Below, piece by piece: positions 25,237 through 31,224 of a stretch of 31,224 nucleotides of DNA. The DNA is from a virus (taxonomy: Duplodnaviria > Heunggongvirae > Uroviricota > Caudoviricetes > Ackermannviridae). The notes below the pieces were generated by a model, which saw only the letters and a list, made by a program, of their open reading frames with translations, had not been told where the DNA came from and made no database searches. Numbering within the stretch: position 1 is the stretch's first letter; the number at the start of each line of letters is the position of its first letter. The DNA is taken from positions 1 through 31,224 of IMG/VR virus record IMGVR_UViG_2974516482_000001, one strand, 5' to 3'. A program made the position numbers and the translations under genes.

Positions 25237-27132
25237 ATGGCAACTCAAAGCTTCAGCGTTGCGCCGTCCGTTCAGTGGACTGAGCGTGATGCCACGCTTC
25301 AGACGTCCCCGTCCGTTGTTGTTCAGGGCGCGACCGTCGGCAAATTTCAATGGGGTGAAGTTGAACTTCCAGTGCTGGTGACTGGTGGTGAGACAGGTTT
25401 GGTGAAGAAATTCTTCAAACCCAACGACAGTACTGCGACCGATTTTCTTGTAATCGCGGACTTTTTGTCTTACAGCTCTATGGCATGGGTGACCCGTGTT
25501 GTTGGTCCTCTGGCCAAGAACTCTGTTACCAAAGGTCAGACAGCGATTGCGATCAAAAACAAACTGGATTTTGAAACAGCAAGTCCTTCGGCGTCCATCA
25601 CTTGGACTGGTCGTTATCCAGGTTCCCTGGGTAATGATATTGCTATCAATGTTTGTGATGCTGCTGGGTTCCCTACTTGGGAATTCCGTAACAACTTTGC
25701 ATACGCACCTCAGTCTGGTGAATTCCATGTAGTTGTCGTAGACAAAGTTGGTCGCATTACCGACTCTGCTGGCGCGGTCGGTCAGGTTGACCGTATCTCC
25801 GTTTCTGGTACGGCTACTGCTGCTGGCACCATCAGTGTGGCAGGTGAAGATATCGCATATCTGGATACTGATACTCCAGCCACTTTGGCAACCAAAATCG
25901 GTACAGCGCTAACTTCCCTGACAAGTGTTTATTCTTCTGTTGTCGTGAAGTCCAACACTGTCGTCGTGACACATAAAGCTATCGGTCCTCAGGCCGTTAC
26001 AGCTATTGTTCCAGATGATAAGGGGCTGACTGCAACCGCCGTGATTACCACTGTTGGCGCATCTGGTTCTATTATCGAAAAATACGAACTCATGCAGAAC
26101 ACACAGGGTTCCAAAAAGTCCGATGGCGCGAATGCGTACTTCAAAGATGTCATCAATGATACATCAAATTGGGTGTACACCTTCGCTACCGCTCTGTCCG
26201 CAGGTGTTGTTGAATTAGAAGGCGGCGTAGACGACTACAATATCAACCGTGTCGCGGCTATCCAAGTTCTGAACAATGCCGAAGCATATGATGCGAAGCC
26301 AGTATTTGCATACTGTGAAGAGTTGATTGAACAACAGGCATTAATCGACTTGTCTACCGAGCGAAAAGACACCGTTTCCTTCGTGTCGCCTTTGCGTGAT
26401 ACTGTGGTCGGCAACCGTGGCCGTGAGATGGACGATGTCGTTGCTTGGCGTGAAAGCCTTGTTCGCGACTCTTCTTATTTCTTCATGGATGATAACTGGG
26501 CATACGTGTACGACAAGTACAACGACAAAATGCGTTGGATTCCGGCTTGTGGTGGCACCGCAGGTGTTTGGGCGCGAAGCATTGAAATCGCGGGTATCTA
26601 CAAATCTCCGGCGTTCCACAACCGTGGTAAATACAACAACTATAATCGAATGGCGTGGTCTGCGTCTTCTGATGAACGTGCTGTGTTGTACCGCAATCAG
26701 ATCAACAGCATCGTAACCTTCTCCAATGAAGGCATCGTCCTGTATGGTGACAAAACTGGCCTGACCCGCCCGTCGGCGTTTGACCGCATCAACGTTCGTG
26801 GTCTGTTCATCATGGCTGAGCAGAACATCGCCGCAATCGCCAAATACTATCTTGGTGAGAACAATGACGCGTTTACACGTAGTCTGTTCAGCAATGCGGT
26901 TCGTCCATATATCCGCCAGCTGGCAAATATGGGCGCGATTTACGATGGTAAAGTCAAGTGTGATGAAGATAACAACACTGCTGATGTTATTGCATCAAAT
27001 CAGCTCGTCGCGGGCATTTGGCTCAAGCCGGAATACAGCATAAACTGGGTGTACTTGGATTTCATAGCCGTTCGACCGGACATGGAATTTTCAGAACTCG
27101 AATCTGGCGGTGGCATCGTAGCTGCTTCCTGA
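25237..27132 (+). CDS. gp18: Tail sheath protein, T4 gp18-like (631 aa)
   Basis: GKFQWG, YDKYNDKMRWIP, LYGDKT...PSAFDRINVRGLF motifs. Confidence 0.96.
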   Translation: MATQSFSVAPSVQWTERDATLQTSPSVVVQGATVGKFQWGEVELPVLVTGGETGLVKKFFKPNDSTATDFLVIADFLSYSSMAWVTRVVGPLAKNSVTKGQTAIAIKNKLDFETASPSASITWTGRYPGSLGNDIAINVCDAAGFPTWEFRNNFAYAPQSGEFHVVVVDKVGRITDSAGAVGQVDRISVSGTATAAGTISVAGEDIAYLDTDTPATLATKIGTALTSLTSVYSSVVVKSNTVVVTHKAIGPQAVTAIVPDDKGLTATAVITTVGASGSIIEKYELMQNTQGSKKSDGANAYFKDVINDTSNWVYTFATALSAGVVELEGGVDDYNINRVAAIQVLNNAEAYDAKPVFAYCEELIEQQALIDLSTERKDTVSFVSPLRDTVVGNRGREMDDVVAWRESLVRDSSYFFMDDNWAYVYDKYNDKMRWIPACGGTAGVWARSIEIAGIYKSPAFHNRGKYNNYNRMAWSASSDERAVLYRNQINSIVTFSNEGIVLYGDKTGLTRPSAFDRINVRGLFIMAEQNIAAIAKYYLGENNDAFTRSLFSNAVRPYIRQLANMGAIYDGKVKCDEDNNTADVIASNQLVAGIWLKPEYSINWVYLDFIAVRPDMEFSELESGGGIVAAS

Positions 27133-27137
27133 TAAAC

Positions 27138-27166
27138 AAACCCCGCTTCGGCGGGGTTTTTATTTG
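27138..27166 (+). terminator. Rho-independent terminator after gp18
   Basis: CCCCGC-TTCG-GCGGGG-TTTTT. Confidence 0.9.
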
Positions 27167-27189
27167 TCCAGATTATTTTATTGAATTAC

Positions 27190-27218
27190 TTTACTTCTTC
27201 AATATCCTTCCCTATACT
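27190..27218 (+). promoter_or_regulatory. Sigma70/early-type promoter TTTACT-N17-TATACT
   Basis: Consensus-like hexamers with a 17-bp spacer upstream of the 120-aa ORF. Confidence 0.65.
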
Positions 27219-27265
27219 TCAATTCATAGCAGCACAACATCAAATTGAAACGAAGGAACTATATC

Positions 27266-27628
27266 ATGACCAAGACCGAAATTAACGCTATCCTGAAAGA
27301 AATCGGCCTCTGTAACCTGAAACGCCGCAGCGATCCTTACTCTTACCAGCCTGCAAAGCCAGTACGCGACTGCCAGGGAAAGATGATAAAGGGGATCTAC
27401 TGTGCAGAAGTTGGCCCAATGACGGTGACCAGCCCACACGTTGACAGATTTAACGCTATCGTTGAGGAGTTTTGTGATAAGGTTCTGGGTGGACTGGCTA
27501 AGGATTTATGCTCCCCGGATACCAAAGTTGTAACTTTCGGGAGTCACCTCGTCGCCTTCCACCTCACCAGCTTCCGTGTCCACGGTGATTATCATGGGTA
27601 TTACGCCCAGGTTAGCATTCGCAAATAG
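27266..27628 (+). CDS. Hypothetical protein, 120 aa (inserted cassette)
   Basis: SD AAGGA before ATG 27266; own promoter and terminator. Confidence 0.8.
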   Translation: MTKTEINAILKEIGLCNLKRRSDPYSYQPAKPVRDCQGKMIKGIYCAEVGPMTVTSPHVDRFNAIVEEFCDKVLGGLAKDLCSPDTKVVTFGSHLVAFHLTSFRVHGDYHGYYAQVSIRK

Positions 27629-27634
27629 CAGTTT

Positions 27635-27661
27635 ACCCCGCTTCGGCGGGGTTTTTATTTG
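27635..27661. terminator. Terminator; 27-bp direct repeat of 27140-27166
   Basis: ACCCCGCTTCGGCGGGGTTTTTATTTG; contains the stop codon of the convergent endonuclease gene. Confidence 0.88.
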
Positions 27662-29430
27662 GATAATTCATACCGGATAAGACCACACCCCCAGATACGC
27701 CCCAACCCGGCTTCTACCGACAGCATATCCTCTGTTTTACCTTCTATCTCGTATCCAAGTTCAAGGAATTTCTCTTTCCTAAAATTGAATTTGTGTACAC
27801 GTAAGTAAGAGTCTGGGGTCACATATTTGTAATCTGGGGGGAGTATTTCCCTTTCAACAAATCCGTTATTCAGGTAAACATTTTTCAGACGACTGACAAC
27901 ACAACGATCACCAAAAGAATATACTGCCTCACCCCGATGTCGAGCGATATAATATTTCAGCAAGCGTGAGAATGCACCATGACAACCGTTAGAAGCAAAT
28001 CTCACCAATTCAATACCATGCACCCGTTTGGTAAACAGCATCACCGCCTGGATGTTCCCAGTTTTGTCTACAAGGTGTATGTAATCTGTTGCCACTGCAC
28101 CGCCTTGTATATGGAATCGGTCGAGAAAGTCCTTGGACGTCCTATAGGATCCTTCTGCAATGGTATGTTGGCGAGCGTACGACAACGGTTTCCCTATCCC
28201 CAATTTTGCTTTAAGGAGTGATTTAACCACTTCCTGTTTGTCACGCCACTCATCTTCCCAGATGTGGATTAACTGAATACCCTGGGCTTCACAGTACATG
28301 GTCTTTTCAAGATGGTAGTCTTTGTATCGATATTTCTCTGAATGCCAATACAGCCCATTGAATTCTATCGCAAGTTTGTGTTCCGGGCAATAGATATCGA
28401 TTTGTCTAGTGGCAACCCTCCCACCGAACATTTTGCCTTTCAAGATAGAGAAATTACCAGATTCGCAAATAACACCCAATGACTCCAGATATGAACATAT
28501 TTCTATTTCCGGTTTTGAGTGCTGTATGTTTGTGTTGAAAGAGTTAACATAATCCCTGATAATTGGATTGTTGATGATGTTTTCCACACCGTACCGCAAC
28601 AAATTAGTTGCTTTAATTTTTTCGCGAACTGACTGGTCAGACAACGGGTGGTTCACCCCTCTTCTTTCTAAGTTGGTCTTTTCCAACCTTGTATAAACCA
28701 TTTCTGTTTTCATGGGGTGGTCTACGCCATATATTCTTAACCAAGTGGCTTTCATTCTGGCCCTAACAGAAGGGTTCTGAGTAGGATGACCGAACCCTGT
28801 TCTTTCCAAATAAGTGGCCTTGGTTTTGGATTTTATTTCTTCCGATTTCATGGGATGGTCTACCCCATATTTCTTCTTAATAGTTTCTCTTGACTTTTGT
28901 TTTACTTCTTCCAGCTGGAATGTGTTAGAAACGCCATATTTCTCTGTTATGGAGTTTTCTAGGTTGGTCCGTTCTGAACCTCCTGCCTTCATTGATTCTC
29001 GTTGACATTCTTCGGAACAAAACTTTTTGTATCTGGGTGGTTGGGCTTCCATTTCTAAACCGACGTCAGCACCGCAAGTGGTACACTGCGACTTCGGAAT
29101 ATCGTACAGCCAAGCAGTTATCGCTTGTGGTTCTTCTAATAGATCGTTGTGAGACACCACGTATCCAACGACATCAACCCCAGTATGGGCCGTGAGTAGG
29201 TGATGGGAGATAAGTTTGTAGTTCAGCGAACCATCCTTTTTCCTGAGTTTACTATCAACCCAAGAGCGGCATTCGGTTTCGGTCGTCGGAAGATTGACCA
29301 ACAAATCCGGGTTGCGTTTCAGTGTACCGAGCATAAATGTTTTACAGTCGTCACCACAATACAACGCAGCCTTCCTGGTTGGGGTGAACGGTTTATGGCA
29401 GCATGAACAATTTTTATCAGGGAATGGCAT
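27655..29430 (-). mobile_element. Free-standing Hef-like homing endonuclease (591 aa)
   Basis: Two CxxC...CxxxC Zn modules, YG(V/F)xHPxK-like repeats, IDIY.PEHKLAIEFNGLYWHS PD-(D/E)xK/Vsr-like core; antisense insertion between gp18 and gp19; SD GAGG before ATG 29430. Confidence 0.78.
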
Positions 29431-29477
29431 AATAAATATCCTCACTTTAGAATATTCTAACCCCATTTATTTCAAAA

Positions 29478-29484
29478 CTAAATA
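29478..29484 (+). promoter_or_regulatory. Late promoter CTAAATA (gp19)
   Basis: Motif match upstream of the gene start. Confidence 0.7.
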
Positions 29485-29510
29485 TTTACACTATTCAGAG
29501 GAGAACGACC

Positions 29511-30044
29511 ATGGCTACAGTTAATGAATTCAGAGCAGCTATGTCACGCGGGGGCGGCGTTCAGCGCCAACACCGTTGGCGTGTGACTGTTAACTTCCCT
29601 TCCTTCGTGGCTGGAAGTGACACTATCCGTGATGTTTCGCTGTTAGCAGTGACCACAAACACCCCAACAGGCCAGCTGGGCGAGATACTTGTACCATGGG
29701 GAGGACGTGAACTTCCATTCCCTGGCGACCGTCGTTTCGAAGCACTGCCTGTAACATTCATTAACGTTGTGAACAACGCGCCGTACAACGCATTTGAAGT
29801 GTGGCAGCAATTCATCAACGGTAGTGAAAACAACCGCGCCAGCGCGAATCCAGATGATTATTTCCGTGATATCATCATGGAACTTCTGGACGCGAATGAC
29901 AATGTCACCAAGACATGGACTTTGCAGGGTGGCTGGCCTCAAAACCTCGGCCAATTGGAACTCGATATGTCGGCAATGGACTCTTACACTCAGTTCACTG
30001 TCGACTTGCGTTATTTCCAAGCCGTTTCTGACAAGTCATTGTAA
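29511..30044 (+). CDS. gp19: Tail tube protein, T4 gp19-like (177 aa)
   Basis: PWGGRELPFPGDRRF..LPVTFIN and WP.NLGQLELD motifs. Confidence 0.95.
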   Translation: MATVNEFRAAMSRGGGVQRQHRWRVTVNFPSFVAGSDTIRDVSLLAVTTNTPTGQLGEILVPWGGRELPFPGDRRFEALPVTFINVVNNAPYNAFEVWQQFINGSENNRASANPDDYFRDIIMELLDANDNVTKTWTLQGGWPQNLGQLELDMSAMDSYTQFTVDLRYFQAVSDKSL

Positions 30045-30111
30045 TGTCCTCGGTGCTGGGGGAATATGATTCCCCCTCACTAATTACAAGAAAATGTTGA
30101 GGACTTAGATC

Positions 30112-31224
30112 ATGGCTGGATACGGCAGAGGGTTCTTCGGTTTGTTTGGCGGCGGCGGTTTAGTCAATGCCAAAGTCGACACCGATAAGTTAGCCCAAAA
30201 ACAAGATGAATTGTTGCTCACCAAGGCGACAGTTGTTGCTCTGGACGATGCTCAAGACGGTTCTATAATCCTTCAGGGCGGTGCAAACACCTACAACTAT
30301 GTTGGCGTTGAAAGTGAACTTCTCAGCGTTAAAACAGTTGTGGAAGAATATCAGTCCATGGCTCAACAGCCTGAAATTCGCAAAGCGGTGGACATTATTG
30401 TCAATGATGTTGTCACCTGTGAGGAAGATGAAACTCCGGTGACAGTCAATCTTGACAAAGTTGATGGTATTTCTGAATCAGTCAAAGAATCTATCACCGA
30501 ATGTTTCAAAGAAGTGATTCATTTGATGGATTTTGAAAATACGGCGTATCAAAAAATTCGGAAATGGTATGTAGATGGTCGACAAGCGTATCATGTGATT
30601 GTTGACCCAACGAATAAGAAGGGTGGGATCAAGAAATTGGTCATGCTGGATTCTCGTTGTATTCGTCCTGTGTACATCGTTGAAAAGGCAATGCGTGAAG
30701 GCGGTATTGAAGCAATAGAATCTGTAACATTGAAGTATTATTACAACCCGAATTATAATCGAAACCAATTCACTGGCCAATCTGGTACTTCCCAGAACTT
30801 CCAGCCTTCACAGCAAGAACTCGTATTCGATGACGAAAGCATTGTTTACATCGATAGTGGTGAAGAGCCATTGGCCAATGGTATTGTCCCAGGCCTTTTA
30901 AATCCTGCTATCCGTCCGTTGAACAACCTGGTTACGACTGAAGATGCGACTGTAATTTATGCCATCACTCGCGCCCCTGAGAAACGCGCATTCTATCTTG
31001 ACGTCGGTACTCTCGGTAAGAAATCTGCCGAAGAATACATGACCATGATGATGGGCAAATTCAAAAACCGTAACGCATATGACCGCACCACTGGTAAAAT
31101 CACAGGCAACGCCCATCTTATGGGTATTGCAGAAGATTATTGGTTGCCGCGCCGCGAAGGTCAGAATGCTACAGAGATCGCGACTGTTGGTGGTGGGAAT
31201 CAATTGGGCGAAATGGATCACGTG
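30112..31224 (+). CDS. gp20: Portal vertex protein, T4 gp20-like (3' truncated by the window end; absent from the ORF track)
   Basis: Hand translation: MAGYGRG...YQSMAQQPEIRKAVDIIVND...RKWYVDGR...EDATVIYAITRAPEKRAFYLDVG...EDYWLPRREG. Confidence 0.95.
   Translation, partial: MAGYGRGFFGLFGGGGLVNAKVDTDKLAQKQDELLLTKATVVALDDAQDGSIILQGGANTYNYVGVESELLSVKTVVEEYQSMAQQPEIRKAVDIIVNDVVTCEEDETPVTVNLDKVDGISESVKESITECFKEVIHLMDFENTAYQKIRKWYVDGRQAYHVIVDPTNKKGGIKKLVMLDSRCIRPVYIVEKAMREGGIEAIESVTLKYYYNPNYNRNQFTGQSGTSQNFQPSQQELVFDDESIVYIDSGEEPLANGIVPGLLNPAIRPLNNLVTTEDATVIYAITRAPEKRAFYLDVGTLGKKSAEEYMTMMMGKFKNRNAYDRTTGKITGNAHLMGIAEDYWLPRREGQNATEIATVGGGNQLGEMDHV

Noticed and set aside
2679-29466. Longest-ORF starts given by the track for gp6, gp7-like, TSP2, 19314, gp13, gp16, gp18, 27245 and 29466
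   Set aside because: Downstream ATGs have SD sequences, lie after the promoters and match expected N-termini; coordinates were adjusted.
2751-31221. Numerous 60-150-aa ORFs antisense or out-of-frame within structural genes (e.g. 22558-23010, 23100-23588, 16329-16754)
   Set aside because: Shadow ORFs of long genes with biased codon usage; no independent expression signals or recognisable motifs.
1-31224. CRISPR array, rRNA, integrase or IS element
   Set aside because: No regularly spaced repeats or such genes seen; the only repeats are terminators and protein-level repeats.

Overview
Virion-morphogenesis region of a T4-superfamily myovirus of the Ackermannviridae (Kuttervirus / Vi01-CBA120-Det7-like; assignment from recalled protein similarity and gene order, no database search). 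Plus strand, in order: baseplate wedge gp6 and gp7-like, a putative fibre, three tailspikes (TSP4-, TSP2- and TSP1-position; these phages usually have four), VriC/VrlC, two small ORFs, neck gp13/gp14, tail terminator gp15, terminase gp16 and gp17 (gp17 carries a 159-aa mini-intein in Walker A), sheath gp18, a small inserted gene, an antisense Hef-like homing endonuclease, tube gp19 and a truncated portal gp20. The most unusual part is 1-1790, which has almost no credible ORFs and reads as a minus-strand cluster of structured RNAs with its own promoters. It holds (i) a ~360-nt tmRNA-like RNA with an intact tag frame ANDSEVLMAA-stop-stop but no canonical tRNA-like domain, (ii) a 67-nt tRNA mimic with a truncated anticodon arm, (iii) a ~400-nt RNA laid out like RNase P RNA with a degenerate catalytic motif, and (iv) a further pseudoknotted RNA running off the window edge. 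Late promoters (CTAAATA) repeatedly overlap the 5' arm of hairpins that would hide the downstream ribosome-binding site. All RNA folds were worked out by hand and need covariance-model and expression checks.
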